A stretch of 64,000 bases of DNA, from NCBI GenBank assembly GCA_964345775.1, contig CAYFSO010000001.1, positions 11,488 through 75,487 on the forward strand, written 5' to 3'. The DNA is from an uncultured Leptospiraceae bacterium (lineage in GTDB: Bacteria; Spirochaetota; UBA4802; UB4802). Below, one piece after another: positions 49,693-60,497 of this stretch. The position numbers and the translations under genes were made by a program. The number at the start of each line of letters is the position of its first letter. Position 1 is the first letter of the stretch. The notes under the pieces were generated by a model. That model saw nothing but the letters and a program-made list of their open reading frames with translations, had not been told where the DNA came from and ran no database searches.

Positions 49693-50193
49693 TTATTCAT
49701 TACTGACAATTTTCATCACGTCCAGCATAACCCTGGAATGATGCGCGTATGACGATGAAGGATACTCCTTGATAAGTCGTGAAAAAATTTCCGCCGCCTT
49801 TTCTGAATCACCCATTTTCTTGTAGCATATCCCCATTTTGTACATGCCGCGAATGCCCGGTTCAGTCCCGGGATACTCTTCAAGCAGTGAACGGTACACC
49901 TCTGCCGCCCTGTCATACCTGAATTCATCAAAGTATATATTTGCGATCATTCTGTATGCCTCTGCCCTGTGCGCGCCATGGAGAAACAATTCCAGGTATT
50001 CCTGCAGATGACTTGTTGCGCGCTGGTATTTTTCCAGCTGGTAAAAATACTTACCCTGATCGAATTTCATCTGGTCTGCCACGCGCTCCATGTTCATTGT
50101 ATCACCTTCTTCGTCGCCGTTATCCTGGGCCATCGAATACTGGCAAATCACCAATAATACACACAATAGTGCAATGAACGTATAGCACCTCAC
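49693..50193 (-). CDS. Secreted or lipoprotein TPR-repeat protein, YbgF/BamD-like.
   Basis: A signal peptide is followed by TPR repeats (AEAYRMIANIYFDEFRYDRAAEVYRSLLEEYPG...). The likely start is the GTG at 50193, preceded by a GAGGAGG RBS; the ORF track begins at TTG 50199. Confidence 0.65.
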   Translation of the reverse strand: MRCYTFIALLCVLLVICQYSMAQDNGDEEGDTMNMERVADQMKFDQGKYFYQLEKYQRATSHLQEYLELFLHGAHRAEAYRMIANIYFDEFRYDRAAEVYRSLLEEYPGTEPGIRGMYKMGICYKKMGDSEKAAEIFSRLIKEYPSSSYAHHSRVMLDVMKIVSNE

Positions 50194-50412
50194 CTGCAAC
50201 CTCCTCTACAAGGGTGGAAACTGAAGCTGCCGGATACAAGCCGGTTTTTCACGGGTTCCCTGTTCATACTATATTTTCGTACAAACCAGGGTTTTTATTC
50301 TGCATTTTTTTATGTCCCATCATGTTAAAAATATATTTAATCGTCCCCTGCGCTCAACGCCGTGCTGAGCGACGCCGAAGCATAAACGCGGATTCATTGA
50401 GAATTTCCCCGT

Positions 50413-50440
50413 TCACTTTTCACTTCTCACTTTTCACTTA
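50413..50440. repeat. Four tandem heptamer repeats of the form TCACTTN in a 600-bp intergenic region.
   Basis: tcacttt tcacttc tcacttt tcactta are contiguous, so a 14-bp unit is duplicated exactly. They lie between the divergent TPR and MCP genes. Confidence 0.6.
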
Positions 50441-50668
50441 TCCGTGTTCATCCGCGTGTATCTGTGGTTAAAAAAAATCATGTAAATTGCAATTTCATAG
50501 ATTATTGTTATAAAGAACTGTTTCCCATTCCGAGGAATCCGGAAAAAGTGAAATATATTTGTTATTACTAAGCTATTATCAAAACAACAATCAATTCTCT
50601 ATAATTAACAGGAATAGTGATGGTTCCCCCCTCCTGCGGCGGTGAAAACCGGAAAAATAAAATCGGTG

Positions 50669-50697
50669 TTGACATTCATTTTACGATGATTGAATAT
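50669..50697 (+). promoter_or_regulatory. Candidate sigma-70 promoter for the MCP gene.
   Basis: Perfect -35 TTGACA at 50669-50674, a 17-bp spacer, then a -10-like GAATAT / TGATTGAATAT at 50692-50697. It lies about 100 bp upstream of the ATG at 50798. Confidence 0.35.
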
Positions 50698-50797
50698 TTT
50701 GAAAATGACAGCTGAAAAGTTACATTTTTTATACATATAAATTATTGTGGACGAAACCCTGCTTTTCTTTTTTTATGGTAAGAAAAAAGGGGGCATC

Positions 50798-53269
50798 ATG
50801 AGTCATATAAAGTTATACCGACGATTCTATTTGTATATGCTTGTGTACGGGAATGCCCTCTCCGCATTAATTGGAGCACCGCTTACCGTTCTTTTCTTTA
50901 TATGGCAGACAGAAATATCACTTTCAAACATTCACGTGGTTCTCGTTCCCGGTGCGGCTGTAATGGCAGTCGTGACCGTTCTTACTTATCTCTGGTACCA
51001 GTTCCTCCTTGCACCATTCCGCTGGTATTTCACTTCAAGGGAAAAGGGTACCGATTTTGGCGAGAAACAGGCACTCATTGTTAAGGAAAGGATCACTAAT
51101 ATTTCCGTCCTGTACTCACTGGGGCTCATTGGTCAGTGGATCATAGGTCTTCTTACCTTCAGTATTGTCAGTGCGTTATTGTATGGCCTTACTTTCGACC
51201 AGCTGCTCTACCTCTGGGTTGGTGGTATTATATCTATAAGCGTATCTGTGATGGCAGGATCTTTTTTCATTCCCCGTACCATCAATCGCATCGTGGAAAA
51301 AGGTGTATTTAATAACATTATCAATGTTATCAGCACCAGACCTGTTACCTGGTTTGGCTCTCTTGTTCCGGTTATAACCTCTTCAAACAGTATCGTAAGT
51401 ATTCTACTGGTTTTCTTACTTACCGCTTCAGGAATTCTTCTTGCGCATAACCTTATAGAAGATCTTTATGAAACGAACGTTAAAACACTTACAGGGCAGG
51501 TTTCTGAGAACCTTGACAATACGTTCAATGAAGCATTCGAGGACATGGAATTAATATCGCAGCTTTCAAGCCCTTCCGAGTCAGCACGTCGTTTGAGATC
51601 CTTAAAGCCTGAATACAATGACATACTAATAATCGAAAATGGTAACATCATCTCTTCCCTTACCGGTCAATATAATTCCCTTATACGAAAATCGTGGAAC
51701 AATCTGGAACTGGAAAAGTCCGGGAATAATGTAGTAAGCAAGCCTGTAATTGATAAGAAGCGAAACAACTCATACGTCATTGCAGGACACAGGCTGGGCA
51801 ACAGGTTATATGCAGTCATTTTCCAGGCTAAGCAATTGAGAGAACTCATACTTGATGAAGTTGTTATTGGGCAGTCCGGTTATATATTTGTTGGTTATCA
51901 AGATGGTGATGGACTTGTTCACCCCAAAATGGATATTACCGTTAAGTCCATTTTTGATTATGACTGGGGTAAATCTCTCTACAAAAATGCTGGTACTTTC
52001 ATTCCCTACCTGTTTCAGGGTGAACACAAGATCGGATACCTGGAAAATACCAATACAGGTTTTATACTTATCGCAACTTTTCCCAGGTCTGAGCTGAACA
52101 TGTACTCTAAGAAACTGGCTATAATCACTGTGCTGATAGGTTTACTCTGGAGTATATTTGCCGCCGCAATAATCTACAGGAATGTACGCCGCCTTCTTTC
52201 ACCATTACAAGAGGCCCGTGAAGTTATCAGTAATATCGCAAATGGTGACCTTACATCCCGAATGGACATCGCCCGTGGTGATGAAGTGGGCATCCTTTCC
52301 TCAGCTGTAAATATTCTTACAAATGAGCTGCGTGAAGCAATATCAGGAATTTACGGGATCTCAGATCAACTTGCATCCTCTTCGTCCCATATGTCCATGG
52401 CAATATCGTCATTCTCAGAAAATGTTCAGAACGAGGCATCAACCGTAGAAGAGATATCTGCCACCATCGAGGAGATATCTGCCGGGATGGAAAACGTTGC
52501 CAGAAGAGCAGATAGTCAGAACGAAAGCCTTGTGTCTCTTATATCACTGCTGAAAAACCTTTCAGAGACTATACAGAAAGTGGCAGATACAATGAACGTA
52601 TCAATAGAACAAGTTGATATGATCACCAGGAAATCCAGCGAAGGCAGCCAGTCCCTGAACCAGATGAATAACACCATGAAGGTACTGGCAAAGAGTTCTG
52701 ATGACATGAAAAATATTATACAGATAATAAATGATATATCAGAACAGATAAACCTCCTTTCCCTGAACGCAGCCATTGAAGCGGCCCGTGCCGGCGACTT
52801 TGGACGGGGGTTTGCAGTAGTTTCTGACGAGATCTCAAAGCTTGCCGATCAGACGGCACAGAGTATAAAAGAGATTGATAACCTGATAATGCAGAACAGT
52901 ACTGAAATGTCGAAGGGGACAGTAACCATTGAACAATCCATTCAGACCTTCGGTATTATCATACAGGGTGTGGAACATGTTTCAGGCCGCATGCAACAGG
53001 TTGCAACTGAAATGAATGAACAACTATCCCTGAATACCAGGGTGCAGAAAATGATAACCGAGGTACAGGCCGGTTCGGAAGAGATAAAGAATGCAACCGG
53101 TGAACAGCGCGCAGCTGTTTCAGAGATATCAACTTCAATAGGGAGTATAAACGAACTGGCACAAACCAATGCGGGTGCAGCAGAAGAGATGTCTGCAAAT
53201 GCTTCTAATGTTGAAGATCTTGCAGTAAAACTCAAGGATATGGTTTCATTCTTTAAGACTAAGGCGTAA
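50798..53269 (+). CDS. Methyl-accepting chemotaxis protein with a multi-TM N-terminal region, a sensor domain, HAMP and an MCP signalling domain.
   Basis: At least 6 TM helices at the N-terminus. The MCP signal domain reads [42 protein letters not shown]. The start was taken at the ATG preceded by AAGGGGG; the ORF track begins at 50747. Confidence 0.85.
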   Translation: MSHIKLYRRFYLYMLVYGNALSALIGAPLTVLFFIWQTEISLSNIHVVLVPGAAVMAVVTVLTYLWYQFLLAPFRWYFTSREKGTDFGEKQALIVKERITNISVLYSLGLIGQWIIGLLTFSIVSALLYGLTFDQLLYLWVGGIISISVSVMAGSFFIPRTINRIVEKGVFNNIINVISTRPVTWFGSLVPVITSSNSIVSILLVFLLTASGILLAHNLIEDLYETNVKTLTGQVSENLDNTFNEAFEDMELISQLSSPSESARRLRSLKPEYNDILIIENGNIISSLTGQYNSLIRKSWNNLELEKSGNNVVSKPVIDKKRNNSYVIAGHRLGNRLYAVIFQAKQLRELILDEVVIGQSGYIFVGYQDGDGLVHPKMDITVKSIFDYDWGKSLYKNAGTFIPYLFQGEHKIGYLENTNTGFILIATFPRSELNMYSKKLAIITVLIGLLWSIFAAAIIYRNVRRLLSPLQEAREVISNIANGDLTSRMDIARGDEVGILSSAVNILTNELREAISGIYGISDQLASSSSHMSMAISSFSENVQNEASTVEEISATIEEISAGMENVARRADSQNESLVSLISLLKNLSETIQKVADTMNVSIEQVDMITRKSSEGSQSLNQMNNTMKVLAKSSDDMKNIIQIINDISEQINLLSLNAAIEAARAGDFGRGFAVVSDEISKLADQTAQSIKEIDNLIMQNSTEMSKGTVTIEQSIQTFGIIIQGVEHVSGRMQQVATEMNEQLSLNTRVQKMITEVQAGSEEIKNATGEQRAAVSEISTSIGSINELAQTNAGAAEEMSANASNVEDLAVKLKDMVSFFKTKA

Positions 53270-55363
53270 TGAAAAAGTGGTCAAGGGCTTCTTTTGCAAT
53301 TCCAGTGTTCCTCCAACCTGCTCGGTCAACGCATGCAGCAATCGCAGTCCCAGTGTATCCTGGTTATGAATATCGATGTTTTCAGGAAACGTCGAACCAT
53401 TATTTGACATTGAAATAGTATACTCATCATTGCCATCTACCATTGACATTTGCACTTTGAATTCAGGAGGAATGCCCGGGATGAAACCATGTTTCATGGC
53501 ATTTGTTGCGATTTCATTCAATATAAGGCCAAGAGGTATGGCAATCCCGAGGGGGAAATTGATATCAGGCATGTTCAGCTCATAGCGAACCCTGTCTCCC
53601 GGGTACGTGGAGAATATCTCTTCGAGCAGTTCCTCAACATACTCCCTCAGGTTAATACTTGTTAATTCGTCAGAGTAATAGAGCTTTTCATGTACGATCC
53701 TGATGGCATTAACCTGATCTTTTAGATCAGACAGGTCGATCTTATCTCCAGTAGTTGACTGCTTAAGGTTAATGAACGATGATACCATGGCAAGGTTGTT
53801 CTTTACCCTGTGATTAATTTCTTTGAGCAGAAACTCTTTTTCCTGCAGCAACCCTTCTATTTTTTCCTCCCTCTCTTTTTGTTCGGTAATATCAGTGTTA
53901 AATCCCACAAATCGGACACCTTTTCCTGGCTCATCGAAAAGGGCCTTCCCCCTGCCCGTTATCCAGCGGTAAGTACCATCTTTTGCCCTCATTCTAAAAG
54001 TTGACTCGTAGAAATCTGTTTCACCTTCCAGGTACCGGTTTACCCGGTTATACGCGTCTTCCAGGTCATCAGGATGGACAAGGTCACTCCAGACAGCACT
54101 TGTATAAGGCAGTTCATCGGGATGGTAACCAAGCATGGTTGCAAACCTTTCCGAATGATAGGTATCATTTGTTAAAAGGTTCCAGTCCCACAGGCCGTCC
54201 CTGCTTCCCTCTACTGCCAGCCTGAACCGTTCCTCGCTTTCCCGTAAGTCATGCTGCGCAGCCCTCAGGTTGGACACATCATGGAATATTGCCTGAAGGC
54301 AGTTATCCCCTGCTTTACTTGTATTCATTATTACCGGGACAGTTTCACCATTCATTTTCTTTATGAACCGTTCCATGTACACGGTCTCTCCAGCATGTAC
54401 CCTGTCATACCTGAGAGGGTTACTTTTTAACTCAGTGTCCGGGAAGAGCAATGTAATATTAGATCCTGTTAATTCATCGATGCTGTAACCTGAGATCTTG
54501 CTCATGGAGATATTGGCATCAGTGATATAACCGTCATTGGTACCTATAAGAATTCCGTCCGCGGCATTATCAAAGATTGACTTGAAACGCTCTTCACTGC
54601 TTTTAACACGCTCTTCAATCTCTTTTTTCTTTGTTATATCCCTTGTTACTGATAATATGTGAGGTTCATTATTAATATTGATGACCCTGGCAGACATCAA
54701 TCCCGTTTTCAATGTCCCATCTTTGCACCTGAAAATTGATTCAAGGTTTTCCATCACCCCGTTTTTCTCCAGACCTTCTACGAGTTTTTCACGATCTTCT
54801 GGAATTGCCCATACCTCAATTTCAGAGGAAAGTTTCCCTATGACATCTTCACGTGTATATCCCGTTAATGCGGTAAACCCTTCATTTATATCAATATAAA
54901 GGCCATCTAATCTATTGATATTAATTGAATCCGGACTTGTCATAAATGCGGCACGGTATTTCTCTTCACTTTCAATTGTCTTTTCATGGGCAAAAAACAG
55001 CTCAAATGCCATATTTATTGCTTCAATGAGAACAAATTCCCCTGAATTTTTTAAAATATAGCCATACCGGGTTATACCCTTAACCCGTTCAACCATTTCT
55101 CTTTCAGAATGGCTGGTGAGGAATACTATGGGAAGCCGGTGATGCTTCAGTATATTCTGGGCTGCTATAGTGCCGTCCACTTTGTCACTGCCGAGATCAA
55201 TATCCATGAGAACAAGGTCAACCCTTTCCTGGTTCACCTTGTCAATCGCATCAGAAGCATTATGCACTACTACTACATAAAAACCATGACTTTCAAGCAT
55301 CCTTGCTTCGTCCATGGCAATAATGGCTTCATCTTCTACAAGTAATATGCTCTTCCTGTCCAT
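53246..55363 (-). CDS. Receiver-first sensor histidine kinase with the domain order REC-PAS x3-HisKA_2-type kinase.
   Basis: Receiver domain: ILLVEDEAIIAMDEA...LVLMDIDLGS. Several PAS segments follow. The H-box is of the HisKA_2 type: INHRVKNNLAMVSSFINL. A C-terminal ATPase region is present. Confidence 0.8.
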   Translation of the reverse strand: MDRKSILLVEDEAIIAMDEARMLESHGFYVVVVHNASDAIDKVNQERVDLVLMDIDLGSDKVDGTIAAQNILKHHRLPIVFLTSHSEREMVERVKGITRYGYILKNSGEFVLIEAINMAFELFFAHEKTIESEEKYRAAFMTSPDSININRLDGLYIDINEGFTALTGYTREDVIGKLSSEIEVWAIPEDREKLVEGLEKNGVMENLESIFRCKDGTLKTGLMSARVININNEPHILSVTRDITKKKEIEERVKSSEERFKSIFDNAADGILIGTNDGYITDANISMSKISGYSIDELTGSNITLLFPDTELKSNPLRYDRVHAGETVYMERFIKKMNGETVPVIMNTSKAGDNCLQAIFHDVSNLRAAQHDLRESEERFRLAVEGSRDGLWDWNLLTNDTYHSERFATMLGYHPDELPYTSAVWSDLVHPDDLEDAYNRVNRYLEGETDFYESTFRMRAKDGTYRWITGRGKALFDEPGKGVRFVGFNTDITEQKEREEKIEGLLQEKEFLLKEINHRVKNNLAMVSSFINLKQSTTGDKIDLSDLKDQVNAIRIVHEKLYYSDELTSINLREYVEELLEEIFSTYPGDRVRYELNMPDINFPLGIAIPLGLILNEIATNAMKHGFIPGIPPEFKVQMSMVDGNDEYTISMSNNGSTFPENIDIHNQDTLGLRLLHALTEQVGGTLELQKKPLTTFSLRLSLKE

Positions 55364-55488
55364 TTCATGTATAATGTATACACGATATCAAATATATCAA
55401 CCATATTTATATATTAATATTGATAATAATCAGCAAATCTGATACCGTAATCATTGTAATCCATAAAAAACACTACAGGATCGCATTA

Positions 55489-57537
55489 ATGATTCGGATA
55501 TTGATCGTTGAAGATGAAGCAATTGTTGCCCTTGATATTTCCCAAAAACTTGAACAGCTGGGTTATTCTGTTACCGGCACCGCATCCAATTTCGAAGAGG
55601 CGGTAAGCCAGGCCGAAACAACAAGTCCTGATCTTGTACTGATGGACATTCACCTTCGTGGTGAAAAAGATGGTATCGAGGCCGCGAAGACCATACTTGA
55701 CAGGATGGACATACCCGTTGTGTACCTGACGGCCTATAGTGACAACGAGACATTACGAAAAGCCGCCCGGTCAGGCGCGTACGCCTATATAAAAAAACCA
55801 TACTCCGATGCCGAGATAAACTGGAATATCGAACTTGCCGTTAAAGTGCATTCTCTTAAAAAACAACTGCAAACAAGCGAAGAGCAGTATAAGAACCTTT
55901 TCAACAATTCCGTGGTTGGGGTTTTCCAGGCCACCCCAAGAGGAGAGATCATTACCGCCAACAAGACCCTGGCCGCTATGCTGGGATATGAGAACATAGA
56001 GAACCTGGTTGAAGACTCGGCCGGAAGCGATGGACACATCTTCGCCGATGCGGGTCAATGGGTCAAATGCATAGAGTTACTTGAAAAAAACGGCTTAATA
56101 GACAACTACCAGGTTGAACTGAATCAAGTTTCGGGTGAAACCATCTGTGTTTCCATTACCGCCCGAAGTGTGTATGAGAACGAAAAACTGAAATATATTG
56201 ATGGCATCATGCGGGACATGAGTGAAAAGATGTCCCTTGAAAAGAGAATTGATTATCTTGCCTTTTACGACGAAAAGACCAGCCTGCCGAACCGTAACCT
56301 TTTTATCGACCGTTTGAGCCAGGCGGTGGCCCGCACAGAACATTCTGATCGAAGCTCTGCCGTACTGATAATCGACATTGACAGGTTCAAAACGTTGAAT
56401 GACGTGTATGGAGTTGCAACAGGTGACATGCTGTTAAATGTTATTGGCAAACGGCTGAAAGAAGTCACACGTGATGGTGACACTGTCGCAAGAATTGGAA
56501 GTGATGATTTCGGGGTACTCCTGGTGGACATGGCAGATCCCGATGACGTTATTGTACTGGTGGAAAAAATACGTAACGCCATATCAAAGCCGGCGCAGGT
56601 TTCAAAAAACACAATTGTAATGACATCCTGTATCGGTATAGCCGTCTGCCCGGTGGACGGTACAGACGCCCATACGTTATTACAGAATACAGACATGGCC
56701 CTGATGAGTGCCAGGAAAGAAGGGTACAATTCGTACAAGTTCTACACCGCGGCCATGAATACCAGGGCAGAGGATTACCTGAAACTGGAACACATGATGT
56801 ATGACGCGCTGGAACACGAAGAATTTTTACCGTATTATCAACCCTATTACAACATAGCAACCGGCCACATGGCAGGAATGGAATGCCTGCTTCGCTGGCA
56901 AAACGAAGAACTTGGACTTGTTTCTCCTGGCAGGTTCATTCCCATACTGGAGGATACAGGTTTCATAATTGACGTGGGCGAATGGTTGATCCACAGGGTA
57001 TGTGAAGACATCCTTAAATGGAAAAGCCGTGACTACAATTGCGTACCTGTTTCCATCAACCTTTCGCAGGTTCAGTTCAGGCAGAAGAAACTCATTTCAA
57101 CATTACGAAAGATCATCCGTGAAACCCATGTCTCACCTTCGCTTCTGAACTTCGAAATTACCGAAAGCACCTTCGCCCTGGATATTGACTATACCGGCAA
57201 AATACTGCAGGAAATGCGTGACCTGGGCATTACCATCTCCATTGATGATTTCGGAACAGGGTATTCTTCCCTCAGTTACCTGAGAAAACTGCCGCTGGAT
57301 TATCTGAAAATAGACATATCCTTTATCAGGGATATCTCCACCAACGAGGAAAGCGAGTCAATAGTCCGTGCCATCGTCAGCATGGCCCACAGCCTGAACC
57401 TGAAGACCATCGCAGAAGGCGTAGAAACAAAGGATCAACTGGACAGGCTGGCAGAACTTGGTTCTGACCTGGCGCAGGGATTCATGCTGAACAGGCCAAT
57501 GCCCATAGAAAAACTTGAAGATCTTATAAAGGAATAG
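55489..57537 (+). CDS. REC-PAS-GGDEF-EAL protein whose cyclase motif is non-canonical.
   Basis: Receiver domain: ILIVEDEAIVALD...LVLMDIHL. The GGDEF domain carries RIGSDDF in place of RxGGDEF. EAL domain motifs are ECLLRW...ISIDDFGTGYSSLSYL...EGVET. The start was chosen at the MIRILIVEDE ATG; the ORF track begins at 55420. Confidence 0.8.
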   Translation: MIRILIVEDEAIVALDISQKLEQLGYSVTGTASNFEEAVSQAETTSPDLVLMDIHLRGEKDGIEAAKTILDRMDIPVVYLTAYSDNETLRKAARSGAYAYIKKPYSDAEINWNIELAVKVHSLKKQLQTSEEQYKNLFNNSVVGVFQATPRGEIITANKTLAAMLGYENIENLVEDSAGSDGHIFADAGQWVKCIELLEKNGLIDNYQVELNQVSGETICVSITARSVYENEKLKYIDGIMRDMSEKMSLEKRIDYLAFYDEKTSLPNRNLFIDRLSQAVARTEHSDRSSAVLIIDIDRFKTLNDVYGVATGDMLLNVIGKRLKEVTRDGDTVARIGSDDFGVLLVDMADPDDVIVLVEKIRNAISKPAQVSKNTIVMTSCIGIAVCPVDGTDAHTLLQNTDMALMSARKEGYNSYKFYTAAMNTRAEDYLKLEHMMYDALEHEEFLPYYQPYYNIATGHMAGMECLLRWQNEELGLVSPGRFIPILEDTGFIIDVGEWLIHRVCEDILKWKSRDYNCVPVSINLSQVQFRQKKLISTLRKIIRETHVSPSLLNFEITESTFALDIDYTGKILQEMRDLGITISIDDFGTGYSSLSYLRKLPLDYLKIDISFIRDISTNEESESIVRAIVSMAHSLNLKTIAEGVETKDQLDRLAELGSDLAQGFMLNRPMPIEKLEDLIKE

Positions 57538-57597
57538 AATAATACCGAAATATTTACTATTTGACATTCTTCCCCTGTGCACAGTATTCTTCCCCGC

Positions 57598-58794
57598 ATG
57601 AAACGCTACTGCATTATTTTACTTACCATCCTGCTCACGTCCTGTTCCGGTTCTTGTATACAGATGCCGTGGGAAAAAGGACCTGTCATCTCCTTTACCG
57701 GTGATGTAATGATGCATGGCCCGGTGAAATCATGTGCCTACAGCCGTACCGCGAGAAATAACGGGGCCATTGTGAAGAATGGTTTCCATCATCTCTTTGA
57801 GCCGGTAACCGCCCAGCTGCAACGGGGAGACCTCACCGTGGGGAACATGGAATTTCCCGTTAAGCCGCCATTTACCGGCAAAAGTATCGTGTTCAACTGC
57901 CGTCCGGAAGTAGTTGATGCCATGAAGAATGCAGGATTTGACCTGGTGACCCTCGCGAATAACCACGTGCTTGACCAGGGACCTGAAGGCATCGACACTA
58001 CCCTTCGTTACCTGGATGAAAGGGGAATAGAACATGTGGGTGTACAAATAACAAATAAGACGGGATCCAGGGGATACTTTACCACCATAAAAGACATTCG
58101 CATTGGTATCATCGCCTATACAGGAGTGCACAATTACCCCATGCCCCGAAAAGTGCGGCACAGGTACAATATAAACGATTTTTATCACAAAGAGACCGTG
58201 CTGAAAGATATTAAACAGGCCCGCAAGGACTGCGACTTTCTCTTCATGCTTGTCCATACGGGCACCGAATACAGGCTGCTTCCGGACGAGAGGGACAGGA
58301 AGCTGATGAAAGAATACTGCCTCAACGGGGTAGACTGCGTTATCGGCCATCACCCGCATGTTTTGCAGCCTGTTGAGCAGATCACAGCTGAGAGCGGCCG
58401 GGTGTGTACCATATTTTACAGCCTGGGAAATTTCATTTCCAACCAGCGTTATCATCATACAACCGATGATGGATCAATGGAAATCACCACCCGGGATTCG
58501 GCCATAGTACACTGCAGGCTGAAGAGATCACTTGGCTCCATCACTGCCAGTTACGAGGTGGTTCCCATATATACCCGGAATATTCCCGACAGGCCGTACC
58601 GGAAATACGGAAGGAATATACAGACACTGTCAATACCAGGAGAGATGCAAAGGCTCAACGGGATGCTCGGGGAAACACCCGGCAATGAGAAAACACTGTA
58701 CCGCAAAAAGCTTCACGTACTTGAAAAACACCGGAACCACATACATACCCTGTTGCAATACTATGGATCCTACGATAATATAACCATTCGTTGA
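57598..58794 (+). CDS. CapA/PgsA-family metallophosphatase-like lipoprotein.
   Basis: Lipoprotein signal MKRYCIILLTILLTSC. CapA motifs are FTGDVMMHGP, LANNHVLDQGPEG and IGHHPHVLQP. The alternative start is GTG 57577. Confidence 0.75.
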   Translation: MKRYCIILLTILLTSCSGSCIQMPWEKGPVISFTGDVMMHGPVKSCAYSRTARNNGAIVKNGFHHLFEPVTAQLQRGDLTVGNMEFPVKPPFTGKSIVFNCRPEVVDAMKNAGFDLVTLANNHVLDQGPEGIDTTLRYLDERGIEHVGVQITNKTGSRGYFTTIKDIRIGIIAYTGVHNYPMPRKVRHRYNINDFYHKETVLKDIKQARKDCDFLFMLVHTGTEYRLLPDERDRKLMKEYCLNGVDCVIGHHPHVLQPVEQITAESGRVCTIFYSLGNFISNQRYHHTTDDGSMEITTRDSAIVHCRLKRSLGSITASYEVVPIYTRNIPDRPYRKYGRNIQTLSIPGEMQRLNGMLGETPGNEKTLYRKKLHVLEKHRNHIHTLLQYYGSYDNITIR

Positions 58795-58798
58795 CGTG

Positions 58799-59926
58799 TT
58801 ACAGCTGGGACGCGATGATCATGCGCTGCACGTTTGCGGTACCATCAATTGATTTCAGCAGCTGTGCATCATGGTATATCTGCTTAACAGGGTTCCGCTG
58901 AGACATCCCCCTGTAACCCAATACCTCCATTCCGAAAGAGGACAGGTCTTCAAGCAGCATGCTGGCATAATGCTTGGCCATTGACGCTTCCATGGTGAAG
59001 GGATCACCGTTGTCAATTTTTTGCAAGGCGTCACGGTACAACAGCCGTGCCGCGTGCAGCCGGGTGGCATATTCTGCCAGGGGAAAGGTGATCCCCTGGA
59101 AATAGGCGAGTGGCTTGTTGAACTGGCTGCGCTTTTTGGTGTACTGCACTATGATGTCCATCACCTTCTGTGCCGCCCCCACGCAGCTTGCGGCCACCAG
59201 GGGCCTTCCCTTGTCCAGGCATTCTATGAGCATGAAATACCCCACCCCTTCCCTGCTCAGCCTGTTCTCGTCTGACAGGAGAACGTTATGAAATGCAACC
59301 GGGCCCATCACGCTGTTGTGAAAACCGTCAAGCTGATAGGGTTCTTCGATCATCAGCCCATCACTGCCCTGTTCAACCGAGAACACGTTTATGCCCGCCC
59401 GTCCCTGGCCGCGCGATACCGTGGCAAACACGAGGTAGAGCTGGGCAACGGTACTGCTGATCACCACCGTCTTCCTTCCATGTAAGCGAACATCTTTTTT
59501 GGTTTTCAGCGCCGTGCTTTTTATGCCCCCTATGTCAGATCCCGCTTCCTCCTCGGTAAGGCAGAAAGACAGGGGTTTGGCTGTGTGAAGCACCCTTTTC
59601 AGCAGCTTTTTTTTCCGGTTTTCATCAGAGGACAGCCTGATAAGCTCAATGCAATGCATGGTAGTTATAAGTGAAGGAAGTGCGCCGATAAGATCATAAC
59701 TGAGATCTTCCATGACCAGTCCCGCCTCATGGTAGGTACACCCGTATCCTCCTTCACTTTCCGGGATGAGAAGGGACTGCAATCCATGGGACGCAAACTT
59801 CTGGTAACAGTAAAGGGTTCTTTCACTGACATCCGGCATGGTGCTGACTGCATCTTCAGAGAATTCATTTCTGAGCGCTCTTGCAGCCTCAATGGCCCCT
59901 TCATAACCACCGCGCGTATCAGACAT
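58799..59926 (-). CDS. Acyl-CoA dehydrogenase family protein.
   Basis: ACAD fold. The catalytic-base region is YxxxxGxEGTANVQRMIIASQL. A GGAGG RBS lies 7 nt before the ATG at 59926. Confidence 0.75.
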   Translation of the reverse strand: MSDTRGGYEGAIEAARALRNEFSEDAVSTMPDVSERTLYCYQKFASHGLQSLLIPESEGGYGCTYHEAGLVMEDLSYDLIGALPSLITTMHCIELIRLSSDENRKKKLLKRVLHTAKPLSFCLTEEEAGSDIGGIKSTALKTKKDVRLHGRKTVVISSTVAQLYLVFATVSRGQGRAGINVFSVEQGSDGLMIEEPYQLDGFHNSVMGPVAFHNVLLSDENRLSREGVGYFMLIECLDKGRPLVAASCVGAAQKVMDIIVQYTKKRSQFNKPLAYFQGITFPLAEYATRLHAARLLYRDALQKIDNGDPFTMEASMAKHYASMLLEDLSSFGMEVLGYRGMSQRNPVKQIYHDAQLLKSIDGTANVQRMIIASQL

Positions 59927-60281
59927 CCCGCTGCCTCCATTCAAGGTAGGTTATATATTCATCAATACTCTGCAGATCATTCTCACTCAACCTGGAGATC
60001 CTGTCAACTACGCGATTGCGTAATTGTTCCAACCCGTTTTCCCCGGTTATCACTTCTCCATCGTTAACAGCATTGCCCATGTCCTTCACAAAAAACGAGA
60101 TGCTCTTATCAAGCAACCCGGCCATGGTCTCGATCTGGTGTATGTACAGTCTTCTCTTCCCAAGCTCGTAATTTGAAAGTGCCGCCTGGGTGATACCCAG
60201 CGCACGGGCCAGGTCAACCTGGGTCATACCCTTTTCTTCACGGGCTTCCTGTATCTTTTTACCTATATTCTTAAATGCCAT
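59919..60281 (-). CDS. XRE-family helix-turn-helix transcriptional regulator.
   Basis: The HTH reads GMTQVDLARALGITQAALSNYELGKR. It overlaps the ACAD start by 8 nt, which indicates translational coupling. Confidence 0.7.
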   Translation of the reverse strand: MAFKNIGKKIQEAREEKGMTQVDLARALGITQAALSNYELGKRRLYIHQIETMAGLLDKSISFFVKDMGNAVNDGEVITGENGLEQLRNRVVDRISRLSENDLQSIDEYITYLEWRQRDV

Positions 60282-60497
60282 TTGTTCTGCATATCCTGTC
60301 AGTGTGTTCACTGATCCTGTAGTAATGGGTATACACGCAAAAAAAAAATCAACCATGAATTTAAAAAATGCTGTTCTCGCACTAAATACTTGACAATATA
60401 ACACTACTGCATATAATATAACAAAACGTTATATTTTCAAGAAGAAAATCATTTTTACATGAAAGTATGACATTTAATTATACAAGGGGAGGACGTA

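Noticed and set aside
50214-50471. An 85-aa ORF in the long MCP-upstream spacer.
   Set aside because: It has no RBS, a hydrophobic low-complexity translation, and it overlaps the heptamer-repeat region. It is more likely non-coding, so it is kept as a region of interest in the findings rather than called a gene.
50280-50480. Possible CRISPR array or tRNA in the repeat-containing spacer.
   Set aside because: The repeats are 7-bp contiguous heptamers with no spacers, not 25-40-bp repeat units alternating with unique spacers. I did not recognise a cloverleaf or anticodon arm structure in any intergenic region of the window.
57730-58458. A 242-aa ORF on the minus strand.
   Set aside because: It is antisense within the CapA-family gene and is spurious.
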